Source: Nitrososphaerales archaeon (GTDB lineage Archaea > Thermoproteota > Nitrososphaeria > Nitrososphaerales > UBA213). Taken from it: a DNA stretch of 64,000 nt. The notes beneath the pieces are model-generated. The model had not been told where the DNA came from. It searched no databases and was given only the letters and a program-made list of their open reading frames with translations. Below, one piece after another: positions 63,915 to 64,000 of the stretch (its first letter is position 1; the number at the start of each line of letters is the position of its first letter). A program made the translations under genes and the position numbers. Location: positions 416,001 through 480,000 of the forward strand of contig CBDAOC010000020.1 of the NCBI GenBank assembly GCA_965197925.1, given 5' to 3'.

Positions 63915-64000
63915 GAATAATTAATCTTGTAATGAATAAAAGGAATTGTTTTCAATTCAGAGAGTAAGAAGATCTATATTCAGCTCCCGATAACCCGACA

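Larger units (their letters stand above)
61853..64000 (-). mobile_element. IS6-family-like element with passenger genes (right end runs off the window)
   Basis: GGTTCTGTCGGGTTATCGGGAGCT at 61853; exact 19-bp inverted copy at 63982-64000. Confidence 0.88.

Overview
AT-rich archaeal chromosome segment. The gene set (aCPSF1/FttA, archaeal CoA pathway pok-pps-panB-coaBC, Cdc6/Orc1, TFB, eIF-1A, GGGP synthase, SepF, PAC2, standalone Lrp/AsnC domains) points to Nitrososphaerota (Thaumarchaeota); this assignment is an inference from protein families. The window holds a probable replication origin (two ORB boxes plus an AT-rich region upstream of cdc6), tRNA-Leu(TAG) with a non-canonical 30/31 BHB intron, tRNA-His(GTG), about ten IS copies or remnants (all damaged) and many pseudogenes, suggesting genome erosion. 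Best leads: (1) an origin-adjacent module of three small HTH/wHTH genes, one membrane-anchored, overlaid with dense GTTAA(C) and ATCAC motif arrays; (2) an unannotated ~79-nt three-way-junction RNA with a TATA-like box and U-tract; (3) a DCD-domain/DNA-methyltransferase fusion; (4) an OSTC/DC2-like protein; (5) an IS6-type element carrying passenger genes; (6) a Cas4-like Fe-S protein with degenerate catalytic motifs. All family calls come from motif recognition by eye; no searches were run.
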